Virus record (IMG/VR): IMGVR_UViG_3300045988_123612
Direction: 5' to 3' (one strand)
Source: a virus
DNA: 64,000 bases
In this document: positions 1 to 9,219 of the stretch, in pieces
How the letters are laid out: each line of letters opens with the position of its first letter
How positions within the stretch are numbered: the stretch's first letter is position 1
Notes under the pieces: generated by a model
Told to the model about the DNA's origin: nothing
Seen by the model: the letters and a program-made list of their open reading frames with translations, nothing else
The model's database searches: none
Translations under genes and position numbers: made by a program

Positions 1-31
1 TTCTGTAGAATCAGAGGAAGGGCAGAAATGG

Positions 32-2179
32 ATGTCTTTTATAGATATGCTGCTTGAATCTGGTGATTCTGAATTGCTACAGATGGGTCAAGATGACATA
101 CAAGATCTTAATGCGTATCTAACCAAGTTAGGTCTTGATCCGGCTTCGTATCAAGTATCGTATTTGAATCCTATTTCAGGGCTTAGAAAAGCTCGTGAGG
201 CTATAGAAAAATTATCTACGGTTCCTGATGTTGTTAAGTGGGTAGAAGATGAAAGCAGGAATGTGAAAGACATTGTGACGTCTGAAGTAGAATCTGGAAT
301 AGATTTCGAAGGTGAGATGTTTGTCGCTCCTAAGATCAGGATTCAGTTTGGCAAATCATCTTCCAGACCTAAATCGCTTATAGAGGATGATCTTCCTTTC
401 TCTGATGAGGGTAAGACCGTTACTTCTAAAGAAGACGTGGATGTTTATGAAGAGGAAATGCCAGAGGAAGGGGCTGCCCGGGAGACTCAGCCGGCGCCAT
501 TAGCTCAGCCGGCTCCTGCGGCACAAGCTACGCAGTCTTTACCTGGCAAGAAGCGTACCTCCAGGAAAAACTTCTCTCTTATGTTAAACGAAATAGAATC
601 TCATATAGAAAAAGAAGGATTGCCGTCTTATGCTAATATTTTTGATTTTATAGCAAGGAAGATTGTAGGAGGTGATTTGAGGTTTCTTCGTGAGAGAGGT
701 AATCCTAAAAGCCTTAAGGAGGAAATGGGATTAGAACCTAAAGGAACAGTAGGTGATAAAATATCCACTCCTTCCAGTAAAGGTGGTAAGACTTTAGAAG
801 AATATGTTTCTTGGCTTCGTTCTCAAACAGATCAGGTGGTGGTTGATTATGTTGGGCCAAGATATGATGAACAAATTATATCAGAGTTGAAAAACTTTTT
901 GAAATATATTGATTTTGTTCCAAGCAAGGCTTTGAATTATTCTCTTAGAGTCAATGGCATGGATACCCTAAAAGAATATGGCACAAAAGAGGAAGTAGAA
1001 AAAATGGAATCTGATATCAATAGTTTGGTTTCTAAAGTTTTTCCTACGGTGGATAATAAAACTGTAGAAGATGTTTCTACTGCAATAAAATCAAACAACT
1101 TGCCTGCCATATGGGAGCCTGTGGAAAGCCTTGATATGACAAACGAGGAAAAAATAGAGTTTTTGAATAACGTAGCAGATTTCCTTAGCGGCATACCAGA
1201 GTATGATGCTGTCGTGGAGTCTATAGAGTCAGAATCAGATAATATTTTAAATGATGGAAAAGAAGGAAGTGCAGAAGGCGGTGCAGTACGCACTGAGGAA
1301 GATGGCGATAAAAAGGGAGATGGAGAAGGCAAAGGACAATCCAGAACAAATGTCGAAGTTGAAAGAAATGTCGAATTACCTGGATCTGAAGAAGGAAGAG
1401 TAGATAACTATAGGAAGAACGGAAATAAGTTCTCTGACATTGCTGAAGTTACTTTATGGCTACTTAGAAGGGCTGCCGGTATAACCTCTATCCCGGAAGG
1501 AGAAGAGGTTTATGTAGAGGGAGATGAGGTTAATAGTATTATGACCGATATGGAATCAAGGTACGGGATAGACACCATCAACCACTCACATACGACTAAG
1601 GCTATAAGGGATCTTGACGGCGTGTCAGGTTATAAAGTAGAATACGGCTTAACCTTTTTGACATACGATCCTTTTATTAGAATATCCAATCCAAGGAAAG
1701 AATCTAAGGCTGCGAAAGACGAGCCTCGTATATCCGAAGAACCGCTTACTCACATATCAAGGGTGACAACCCCTTATTTCCTGTACGGCGGTGATGAAGC
1801 ATATACATCTGTTCCGGCTAAGGTAGAACCTATACCGGAGAAGATAATGGGTCGTAATGGCATTAAATTTGGTATGAGTGTAGTCGAGCTAACCAAATTA
1901 GGATACAAAAAAGCTGGTGGAAACTGGATATATAAATTCTATATGAACTCAGGTGTGTATGATTTGTATAATATCAGTACCGGTGAAGCGTTTAGGGCAA
2001 AACCGGATCTTGGAGTTAAGATAAGTTCCAGCGCATTCATCCGTTCTTTATCTCAATCTGGTAGGAAAATACAAAATATGATTAGTAATATGAGCCAGGA
2101 AGAGATAGATAGGAATAAGAATCTTGTAGAAGGTTCTGATAATTCGGATTCGATAAATGAGTTAAATAGGGAGTGTTAA
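32..2179 (+). CDS. hypothetical large protein (715 aa), possibly virion-associated
   Basis: Long ORF; RBS-like GAGGAAGGG ~10 nt upstream of ATG at 32; Pro/Ala-rich linker (QPAPLAQPAPAAQ); C-terminal codons are part of junction repeat B; frame is open to window edge so may be 5'-partial. Confidence 0.55.
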   Translation: MSFIDMLLESGDSELLQMGQDDIQDLNAYLTKLGLDPASYQVSYLNPISGLRKAREAIEKLSTVPDVVKWVEDESRNVKDIVTSEVESGIDFEGEMFVAPKIRIQFGKSSSRPKSLIEDDLPFSDEGKTVTSKEDVDVYEEEMPEEGAARETQPAPLAQPAPAAQATQSLPGKKRTSRKNFSLMLNEIESHIEKEGLPSYANIFDFIARKIVGGDLRFLRERGNPKSLKEEMGLEPKGTVGDKISTPSSKGGKTLEEYVSWLRSQTDQVVVDYVGPRYDEQIISELKNFLKYIDFVPSKALNYSLRVNGMDTLKEYGTKEEVEKMESDINSLVSKVFPTVDNKTVEDVSTAIKSNNLPAIWEPVESLDMTNEEKIEFLNNVADFLSGIPEYDAVVESIESESDNILNDGKEGSAEGGAVRTEEDGDKKGDGEGKGQSRTNVEVERNVELPGSEEGRVDNYRKNGNKFSDIAEVTLWLLRRAAGITSIPEGEEVYVEGDEVNSIMTDMESRYGIDTINHSHTTKAIRDLDGVSGYKVEYGLTFLTYDPFIRISNPRKESKAAKDEPRISEEPLTHISRVTTPYFLYGGDEAYTSVPAKVEPIPEKIMGRNGIKFGMSVVELTKLGYKKAGGNWIYKFYMNSGVYDLYNISTGEAFRAKPDLGVKISSSAFIRSLSQSGRKIQNMISNMSQEEIDRNKNLVEGSDNSDSINELNREC

Positions 2180-2194
2180 GTATGAGAAGGAGAT
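2148..2194 (+). repeat. junction repeat B copy 1 (ATTCGATAAATGAGTTAAATAGGGAGTGTTAAGTATGAGAAGGAGAT)
   Basis: Near-identical 47-nt copy at 2766-2812; contains last codons of an upstream ORF (SINELNxEC*), an AGGAG RBS and the ATG-AGA-AGG-AGA (MRRR) start of the downstream gene. Confidence 0.8.
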
Positions 2195-2712
2195 TTTTTA
2201 ATGCTGCGGATAATTTTGTGGGAGGATGTTATAATAAGTTATCCAATGAAGATATAAAAAGGCTTGGAGGAAAAAGACCTTATGTATGTCAGTTTAATAA
2301 AATTCATATACATATAGGGCCTGTATTAAAAGATCATGATTCCGATGTCAGTGATATAGTGTTTAATAGTGACTGGAATTATGGTAATTATGAATCTACG
2401 GTTTATCATCATAGCAATAATGGTATTTTTATATTAGGTGGAAATAAAATTGGTAATATAGAAGACCATATGCAAGATCTAACATATTGGTACGAATATG
2501 ATCCGAGTCTTAATGAAAATTATTGTTATTATTATTATGAAGCTGATAATAGTGGAAATGCTATTAAGTTGAATGGTGAGTTTAGTGATGTTAGCACTGT
2601 TTTTAACATTCCCAGTTTGAAAGTTACCACTCTTCGTGATGGCAGTTTGAGTTTTCCAGAGATTTATATAGAAGGAGTTTGGGATCCGTCATTGTATAAG
2701 TCGATTTTATAG
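2182..2712 (+). CDS. cassette protein 1, MRRRF N-terminus (176 aa), Asn/Tyr-rich
   Basis: ATG at 2182 preceded by GGGAG RBS (track ORF 2173 starts at in-frame GTG); flanked by repeat B (5') and repeat A (3'). Confidence 0.55.
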   Translation: MRRRFFNAADNFVGGCYNKLSNEDIKRLGGKRPYVCQFNKIHIHIGPVLKDHDSDVSDIVFNSDWNYGNYESTVYHHSNNGIFILGGNKIGNIEDHMQDLTYWYEYDPSLNENYCYYYYEADNSGNAIKLNGEFSDVSTVFNIPSLKVTTLRDGSLSFPEIYIEGVWDPSLYKSIL

Positions 2713-2713
2713 T

Positions 2714-2721
2714 TAATTTTG
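2714..2721 (+). promoter_or_regulatory. TAATTTTG, candidate Bacteroidetes-type -7 promoter motif (TAnnTTTG)
   Basis: Motif 18 nt upstream of repeat A1 and ~80 nt upstream of ATG 2800. Confidence 0.3.
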
Positions 2722-2738
2722 AAAAAAAAGTTAATTAT

Positions 2739-2812
2739 TATGGGTGTCAAATGTCAGATAGAAAAATTCGATAAATGAGTTAAATAAGGAGTGTTAAGTA
2801 TGAGAAGGAGAT
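2739..2812 (+). repeat. junction repeats A copy 1 (2739-2766) fused to B copy 2 (2766-2812)
   Basis: TATGGGTGTCAAATGTCAGATAGAAAAA recurs exactly at 3419-3446; B copy matches 2148-2194 with 1 mismatch; contains tandem TGTCA-N2-TGTCA. Confidence 0.8.
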
Positions 2813-3378
2813 ACGAAGATGTTTCAAGTCTTGTTCAGTATCAGTTGAAGACCAATCAGCAGGGGAATATAGAGGTTTATGTTGATGACAGGTTTGTTGG
2901 AAACGTAAGTGAAGGAGTCTGTAATTGGAAGGATGTTGAATACAAGAGTAAGGTTACTATATCTTTGAAAGGAGTCGAGGATAAGGCTAAAACTTCAAGT
3001 AAAAGAGTCGGTCCTTATTGTCACATTTATAGCATATTTGGAGGAAATGAATCTTATCATGCAGGTCCGGATAGTAATATAAAAAAGAGTCCGGTTACCA
3101 CCTTTATAATGTATTGTTATAAAAATGGGGATATTACAACTACCACTACTTATACTAAAAATTTATCTGGAACTCTTCAGATAGGTAAAACACAATTGAC
3201 TATCAATTACAAACAAAGTAAAAGTCAGTCTTTCTCCGGTGGTTCTGGAGATTATGTAACATCCGTATCTGATTTCCCTTTTGTTACTGGTCCAGGAAAT
3301 GATAGCGTTGAGTTCGAAGGAGAGGGAAGATTGATAGTTGAGACAGAGGCTTCGCATTATGAAATAGAAGTTTCATAA
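2800..3378 (+). CDS. cassette protein 2, MRRRY N-terminus (192 aa), Thr/Ser-rich
   Basis: ATG at 2800 in repeat B2 with AGGAG RBS; body unrelated to cassette protein 1; followed by repeat A2. Confidence 0.55.
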   Translation: MRRRYEDVSSLVQYQLKTNQQGNIEVYVDDRFVGNVSEGVCNWKDVEYKSKVTISLKGVEDKAKTSSKRVGPYCHIYSIFGGNESYHAGPDSNIKKSPVTTFIMYCYKNGDITTTTTYTKNLSGTLQIGKTQLTINYKQSKSQSFSGGSGDYVTSVSDFPFVTGPGNDSVEFEGEGRLIVETEASHYEIEVS

Positions 3379-3393
3379 TTTCTATTTTTATAC

Positions 3394-3401
3394 TATCTTT
3401 G
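3394..3401 (+). promoter_or_regulatory. TATCTTTG candidate -7 promoter motif
   Basis: TAnnTTTG 19 nt upstream of ATG 3420; lies inside the TTG-initiated track ORF (3399), which argues for the ATG 3420 start. Confidence 0.3.
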
Positions 3402-3418
3402 TCTAAAATATTTATCAC

Positions 3419-3446
3419 TATGGGTGTCAAATGTCAGATAGAAAAA
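3419..3446 (+). repeat. junction repeat A copy 2
   Basis: Exact 28-nt copy of 2739-2766; contains the ATG (3420) of the next large ORF. Confidence 0.8.
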
Positions 3447-5678
3447 AAGGAAAATGAAATAAAACGGGTTAAGGCTCCTAACGGGGAGCCTTCCGTTCTT
3501 TACGAAAGTGCTTTAAAAGTATTAGGAAACAGCGAGCGGGCTCTTCAGGTATGGGCTAAGGCTTACACTCCTGGTTTTTTGTCGTATTACGGTCATTGGA
3601 ATAACCCGGCTCCAGGGGAGATGTTTAACACCGATCCCAATGGCGAACCTCTTTTAGAAGATGTGCTGTCGTATATGAAGCGTCAGACTTATTTTGCTGA
3701 TCCTTTAACGGCTCAGGATGTTAAGGATGTAAGGGATTTCCTTTTGTCTACTCATTATTTTTTCAATGCGTCTTCATTGTCTAATGCTATTCTCTTCGAT
3801 TTTTATGTAGATGGCAGTTTGATACTGAATGAGCAGAAATTAAGGAGATCCGGTTTGTATGATGAAACAGAAATAAGTCGTATTTTATCCGATCCTTCTG
3901 TTTTAAACGAGGTTTCGACTTCCATGAGAAAGTTAATAGATTCTTCTATTAACGAACATGATAGGGAAAAAGATAATTATTTTATGTCTATTGACTATCA
4001 GTATGGTCCTATTGTTTACAAGGAGGGAGTGTTTAACCAATTTGGTAAAAAAGTACCATATAATCCTTCTGAGCTTTATTATGCTATGCGTAAAACAGTA
4101 GCCGGCATAAAAAACTTTTCTGAATTTTCATCTGCTTTTGAATCGTTGAGAAATTCATATCCTGAACTGGTTGAGAAATTCGTTTCTGATAAAGAATTTG
4201 CCGAATCTATGTTTGATGAGTTCTCATCTACGAATAAGATTCCGGTAATAAACATAGAAGGGGATGATGTGGTGGAAGGCAAGAGAAGATCTTTGTCTAA
4301 GCTACAAGATCTTTCTTATTACAATTCCGGCAAAATAGAGTTCCTAAGAGCTCGTATATCAGCTTATTTACATAGGGCTAATGCCGACACCGAATCCGAT
4401 TTAAGAAGCATGATATGGGATATAGAAGAGGCTTGTACGTGGTTTGGCATAGATATAATAGGGACATCGGAAACTTATGATGGCACAGAAGAATCTTTGA
4501 ATAAGATAGATAATTTGATGCTGGATCTTGATATTTATGTGGCCAGGCATAATGATGTAAATTATGCTCCAACGCTGGCATCTTCTATAGATGATGTTCT
4601 TGGTGATAGTACAGACTATTATTTTGGATTATTGCCGGAGTATATGGATAATTTGAATATCGTTTATTCTGAATCCGATATAGACCCAGTAGAGGCATTT
4701 GAGAAACATTCATTGCTTAAGGTAGGAGATAATCTATATCAAAGGATCAGCAAAGATGATCTTAACGAGATGTATCAAATATCAACAGTATTAGCCAAGC
4801 ACAACCTAACTCATTTTTCTACTAAAATATATCCTGAATCTTGTTTTAAGAACGGCGTTTTGGATAAAGAGAAAGTACGGAACGTAGATAATAATACGCT
4901 CATGGCTTCCATTAAAAAATACGTCAGATCGTTCATGGATTCTCAGAACACAGAGGACATGATAATGACCAGGATGGCGTTTGGGCACCCTGCGGTACTT
5001 GACGTTCCTTACGTGGATGTGGATCGGGAGTATAGTCGATACATGAACAAAAAACAAGATAGCGAAAACCCATTATCCTTATTCGATTTATACCAATCTT
5101 ACCTTGACAACAAACTCCATAAAACAAAATTATATGATAATGCCTATAAGTATCTTGACTTCAAACCTGGTCCATCTTTGGGTCTTATTTCTGATGATCC
5201 TGATATTTTGAAATCAATAGAATTATCTTTATCTGGAAAAGACAGGTTGATGTTGTTTGATTATAGCATGACCAGTACCGACCCTTCTTTATCAGAATTG
5301 TTTTATTTGGAGAAGTATGACCCTTCGTATGCCGGGAATGATTTTGAACACTATTTTTACACCAGGCACCCGTATTTGTTAAAAGAAAAATCGGGCCCTA
5401 ATATCGTAGAGCAAGATGGTGTTATAACAGCCGAAGGTATTTATGATAATTTTATAAGAGTAGGTAATAAGATATGGTCTAAAGTAAGCGAGAGTAGTTC
5501 CGGCTCTATCTACCAAAATCTGACAGGAACCGAATCAGAGGTGAAATACGATTCTACTCAGAAGGCTAAGACGGTAGAAACCGATTACGCTCCATACCAA
5601 AACAGATCTGGCTTGACGCAAGACATGACCGTAAGCAAGCCTGAATTGGATGATCTTAATAAATTGGAATGTAGGTAA
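3420..5678 (+). CDS. hypothetical large protein (752 aa)
   Basis: Long ORF; ATG inside repeat A2 (MGVKCQIEK...); no recognisable motif; followed by hairpin terminator. Confidence 0.55.
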   Translation: MGVKCQIEKKENEIKRVKAPNGEPSVLYESALKVLGNSERALQVWAKAYTPGFLSYYGHWNNPAPGEMFNTDPNGEPLLEDVLSYMKRQTYFADPLTAQDVKDVRDFLLSTHYFFNASSLSNAILFDFYVDGSLILNEQKLRRSGLYDETEISRILSDPSVLNEVSTSMRKLIDSSINEHDREKDNYFMSIDYQYGPIVYKEGVFNQFGKKVPYNPSELYYAMRKTVAGIKNFSEFSSAFESLRNSYPELVEKFVSDKEFAESMFDEFSSTNKIPVINIEGDDVVEGKRRSLSKLQDLSYYNSGKIEFLRARISAYLHRANADTESDLRSMIWDIEEACTWFGIDIIGTSETYDGTEESLNKIDNLMLDLDIYVARHNDVNYAPTLASSIDDVLGDSTDYYFGLLPEYMDNLNIVYSESDIDPVEAFEKHSLLKVGDNLYQRISKDDLNEMYQISTVLAKHNLTHFSTKIYPESCFKNGVLDKEKVRNVDNNTLMASIKKYVRSFMDSQNTEDMIMTRMAFGHPAVLDVPYVDVDREYSRYMNKKQDSENPLSLFDLYQSYLDNKLHKTKLYDNAYKYLDFKPGPSLGLISDDPDILKSIELSLSGKDRLMLFDYSMTSTDPSLSELFYLEKYDPSYAGNDFEHYFYTRHPYLLKEKSGPNIVEQDGVITAEGIYDNFIRVGNKIWSKVSESSSGSIYQNLTGTESEVKYDSTQKAKTVETDYAPYQNRSGLTQDMTVSKPELDDLNKLECR

Positions 5679-5722
5679 TTTTTGTGTACATATATATAGT
5701 TTTTTCATAGTTATAATTTGGG

Positions 5723-5751
5723 AAGTGAGGCTTGTGAAAGTCTCACTTTTC
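5723..5751 (+). terminator. rho-independent terminator candidate
   Basis: AAGTGAG/CTCACTT 7-bp stem, 12-nt loop, then TTTT; 45 nt after stop of 3420..5678. Confidence 0.4.
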
Positions 5752-6182
5752 TCATATATGCACGTATATCAATAACATACAAGAAAAGTTAGATTTTCAT
5801 TGTTTATGAATTATTTTTATTAAGTTTGCAATATTAGTTTCAGGAAGGGATTATAGAAATAGGAAAAAGTAAGAACCGGACGTAACTAATAACAGTAGGA
5901 AATGAGAATCAGTACCATCAAACGTAACAACAGCATTCATCTTATGTATAAAAACATTATGAATGATTTAGGTCAATTAAGAACTGTAGTTTCAAAATCC
6001 TATATTTATAATCTGATACAAAATCAAACCGGATTAAGTATCAGAACTATATCCCATGTCTTGAATCACACAAAAGAACAGGATACAGATTCTTTGTGAA
6101 AACCATACATTTTCATACATTTGTGTGTTCTTTAGTTTTTAGATTTAAGTTTTTCATGGTATTAGTTTAGATTAGTGTAGAT

Positions 6183-6217
6183 CAGGGTTCGCAGTGATGC
6201 GGGCCCTGGTTTGTTTT
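6183..6217. terminator. strong hairpin terminator
   Basis: CAGGGTTCGC/GCGGGCCCTG 10-bp GC-rich stem, 6-nt loop, followed by GTTTGTTTT. Confidence 0.5.
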
Positions 6218-6256
6218 AAAAAGTATTAAAATATTTGTTATTTAAAATCCTGTTCC

Positions 6257-6264
6257 TATCTTTG
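6257..6264 (+). promoter_or_regulatory. TATCTTTG candidate -7 promoter motif for 6387 gene
   Basis: TAnnTTTG downstream of terminator; leader contains 9-bp inverted repeat AGATCCCAC (6286-6294) / GTGGGATCT (6347-6355). Confidence 0.3.
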
Positions 6265-6386
6265 TTCCAGAAACAATGAACAACGAGATCCCACCTCTGG
6301 TTGTTTGATGTTGAAAGATATTTTTGGCTCATTAGGGTTTGTCATAGTGGGATCTGACATTCTCTTTTGGGCCTATTTTTTTTATT

Positions 6387-7040
6387 ATGGATAATACTTG
6401 TATTCCTTTTGTGTTAATAAACGACAGAAAAATGATTGACGCAAAACATGTTCATAAATTGTTAGAATGTAAGTATGATTTTAAACATTGGATTAAGGAT
6501 GTAATATCATCTTTTAATTTTAAGGATGTAATAGATTATATATCATATAGATATGATAATAATGGAGAACAAATAATAGATAATAATAGTCATGTATTTA
6601 GGCATGACTATTATTTATTCCCCAAATCGATTCTGTGTATCATCTATATGAAGTGTGATAGATCTTTATTTAAAGATTTTATTTATGATATATTTGATTG
6701 TTGTAATATTAAAAATGACGATCGGGTATTAGATATAATACATAGATCTATCGATAGGTATAATAAAAAATGTATAAAATATTTTACATATATAATAAGA
6801 AATAATAATAATGGTTTTTATAAAATAGGTAAAAGCTCTGATGTAAAAAGAAGGCTATCTGGGTTGTCTATTGTAGAAGATAACTTAACATTAATAGCTT
6901 ATGTGAATAAAGATATAGAGAGCGAGCTTCATGCAAGATTTGATATCAAAGGGATATACAGAGAATGGTTCAACTTATCAGATTGCGATTTGAATGATAT
7001 AATTGATAAATATAAATTCAAGTTGTGTGACATGGCTTGA
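6387..7040 (+). CDS. T5orf172 (GIY-YIG-like) domain protein, Bro-like
   Basis: C-terminal motif FYKIGKSSDVKRRLSGL matches T5orf172/MUG113 signature (YKIGxT.d..RRL); Asn/Ile-rich N-terminal region. Confidence 0.5.
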   Translation: MDNTCIPFVLINDRKMIDAKHVHKLLECKYDFKHWIKDVISSFNFKDVIDYISYRYDNNGEQIIDNNSHVFRHDYYLFPKSILCIIYMKCDRSLFKDFIYDIFDCCNIKNDDRVLDIIHRSIDRYNKKCIKYFTYIIRNNNNGFYKIGKSSDVKRRLSGLSIVEDNLTLIAYVNKDIESELHARFDIKGIYREWFNLSDCDLNDIIDKYKFKLCDMA

Positions 7041-7222
7041 ATTTTATTACAATAAAAAGTGATTAAGAGATGAGTCTATGGTGATATTTACTCATCTCTT
7101 CTTATTTTTCTGAAAATACTTCTCTTCTATAGGAAATAAACACACCCATATTCCACCCTGCAATCATGATCTTTGTTACGTGCTTCATGCACATATGTTT
7201 AACAATTAAATACTATAAAATT

Positions 7223-8230
7223 ATGGGTGGTGATAAAATCGTCCTTTTAGATGGAGCCGGGGCTAACGGTGGTGGTGCAGCCACTAACGGTCTTCTTTCA
7301 ATGATTCCCGGCATGTTTGCTAATTTGATAGGTGGTAATAAAATGGATCCGAATCTGGTGGCGGCTTTGATGAACGGTCGTAACAACCAGGACGGTTTCG
7401 GTGGGGCTAACGGTTGGTGGCTCTGGATAATTGTTTTGTTCTGGCTGTGGGGTGGACGCGGCTTCGGTAACGGTTTTGGAAATGGCGGTGATTGTTGCGC
7501 CAATGGTTTGCCGGCTCAGTTGAATAACGATTACGGTCGTGAACTTTTGATGCAGGCAATTCAAGGTAATCGTAGCGCCATAGATCAGATTGCTTCTGCT
7601 TTGAACTGTTCTACTACTCAACTTCAGAACGCTATCTGCAACGTACAGGGTGCTATTGATAAAGTAGCTGGTCAGGTAGGTATGACTTCTCAGGCTGTTA
7701 TCAACGCAGTTCAACAACAAGGTTGTGAAATAGGAAATCAAATCAGCTCTTGCTGCTGCAATCTGAGTTCGTTGATCAATCAAAGCACTTGCCAGACTCA
7801 GGGAATGATTACTCAGCAAGGTTTTGATAACCAGCTTCGCACGTTGGAACAAACCAATATCTTGCAGAACGGTCTCAACCAAGGTCTGGCTAACAATCGT
7901 GAGCAAGCTACAAGCCAATTCAATATCTTGTCTGCGAAACTTGACGCCCAAACCGTTATGATCAACGACAAATTCTGTCAGTTGGAAATGAGGGAGATGC
8001 AGAACACTATTGCTCAACTTCGTGAAGAAAAAGCGGCTTTGACAGCTTCGGCATTATCTCAGCAACAAACCCAGAATATCGTTGGTCAATTACGCCCGAC
8101 GGCCGTCCCGGCCTACCCCTCTTGTTCTCCTTACCAGGCTTATACTTGGGGACAGGTATTCGGAGGAGGTTGCTGCAATAACGGATGTGGATGTAACAAC
8201 GGATGTTGCAATAACAACGCTGCTGTCTGA
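7223..8230 (+). CDS. Gly/Asn/Cys-rich membrane-anchored coiled-coil protein (335 aa)
   Basis: ATG 7223 (track ORF extends upstream without good start); one Trp/Leu-rich TM segment (WWLWIIVLFWLW); Gln-rich central coiled coil; CC doublets and C-terminal GGGCCNNGCGCNNGCCNN; downstream gene has GAGGAGG RBS. Confidence 0.5.
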   Translation: MGGDKIVLLDGAGANGGGAATNGLLSMIPGMFANLIGGNKMDPNLVAALMNGRNNQDGFGGANGWWLWIIVLFWLWGGRGFGNGFGNGGDCCANGLPAQLNNDYGRELLMQAIQGNRSAIDQIASALNCSTTQLQNAICNVQGAIDKVAGQVGMTSQAVINAVQQQGCEIGNQISSCCCNLSSLINQSTCQTQGMITQQGFDNQLRTLEQTNILQNGLNQGLANNREQATSQFNILSAKLDAQTVMINDKFCQLEMREMQNTIAQLREEKAALTASALSQQQTQNIVGQLRPTAVPAYPSCSPYQAYTWGQVFGGGCCNNGCGCNNGCCNNNAAV

Positions 8231-8253
8231 TTTTATTAAGAGAGGAGGCTAAT

Positions 8254-8667
8254 ATGGCTTGTGTTTCTAAAATAGGATCGTTGTATGAGATGGTTACGAA
8301 GAATGTTATTGTCAGTACGACAAATACAGTCTTCGGTATTAACCCACGGGCTTGGATCGCCCTTCCGTGTGAGGGTCTTATCCTTCTTAAAATAAGGCAA
8401 GTAGTCCCCACAGCCGGAAGTGCTCTACCGGTACAGATTGCGGTCCCGGCAAACAGCACAGTTTCAACAGTAGGATCCGACACCTGTTGCCCGGTTACGG
8501 GAGTGAATGTCGTGAACCCTATTAACGTAGCTGTCACGGGTGCTGCTATGGTAAATGGCACAGAACGCCTTCTGTACTTCAATAAAGTTCGTGGCGTGTT
8601 AAGATTAATGGATTGCTGTGTTCCAGTAGCGGCAGCCCAGGCGTCTGAAGTTAAAGCAGGTAAATGA
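8254..8667 (+). CDS. hypothetical protein (137 aa), Val/Thr-rich, possible structural
   Basis: ORF preceded by GAGGAGG RBS; followed by hairpin terminator. Confidence 0.5.
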   Translation: MACVSKIGSLYEMVTKNVIVSTTNTVFGINPRAWIALPCEGLILLKIRQVVPTAGSALPVQIAVPANSTVSTVGSDTCCPVTGVNVVNPINVAVTGAAMVNGTERLLYFNKVRGVLRLMDCCVPVAAAQASEVKAGK

Positions 8668-8674
8668 TTTCAGT

Positions 8675-8702
8675 AGGGTGATGAAGATCATCACCCTATT
8701 TT
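8675..8702 (+). terminator. hairpin terminator candidate
   Basis: AGGGTGATGA/TCATCACCCT ~10-bp stem then ATTTT. Confidence 0.45.
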
Positions 8703-8717
8703 CACCTAACTAATATT

Positions 8718-9212
8718 TTGATCATGTTTTCAGATTTGAAGAAAGGGTTTCAGGTACATACCCTTGATACTAATACAGTACCTAAATACGAATTGGGAAA
8801 GGTAGTAGCCGTATCCGAACCCAGGTATCTTCCTCCTCAGCCAGGTCAGTATCAGGCGATGCAGACCCGCGTGGTGGATCTGACGGTAGAGCTCACTGGC
8901 GAAACCAAGACCTATACGGTCCCGGAATCCCAGAATGTGGCTAAGGCTATGGGCATAACATTATCTACCAGCATAGATCCGATTATGAACGAACTGAATG
9001 CTATAAAAAACACCAGTCAAGACATAATAAACAGCGTAGATGCCCATCGTGCCAAGATAGAGGCTTGTGAATCTATATTAGAGGACATCAATCCGGCATT
9101 CAAACAAACGAGAGAGCAGGATCGTAAAATAGCTGGTATAGAAAATAAGGTGAATGACCTTACTGATTCATTCGAAGATTTAAAGAAGTTAATTGTAGAA
9201 CGTTTGAAATAA
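8718..9212 (+). CDS. hypothetical coiled-coil protein (164 aa)
   Basis: ORF in plus-strand series; C-terminal heptad-like region. Confidence 0.45.
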   Translation: MIMFSDLKKGFQVHTLDTNTVPKYELGKVVAVSEPRYLPPQPGQYQAMQTRVVDLTVELTGETKTYTVPESQNVAKAMGITLSTSIDPIMNELNAIKNTSQDIINSVDAHRAKIEACESILEDINPAFKQTREQDRKIAGIENKVNDLTDSFEDLKKLIVERLK

Positions 9213-9219
9213 GTATAAT

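Noticed and set aside
2182-2200. MRRRF start as a twin-arginine (Tat) signal peptide
   Set aside because: No hydrophobic h-region follows the RRxF, and the downstream sequence is polar.
3399-3419. TTG start at 3399 (track) for the 759-aa ORF
   Set aside because: A TAnnTTTG promoter-like motif overlaps 3394-3401. The conserved element A supplies an ATG at 3420 with the same reading frame, so the ATG start is preferred.
7213-8582. Minus-strand ORFs 7213..7503, 7298..8017, 8007..8582 and 9241..9792
   Set aside because: They lie antisense to the Gly/Asn/Cys-rich gene and the following plus-strand genes, which have RBSs and fit the plus-strand series. Long antisense frames are expected in GC-richer low-complexity DNA.
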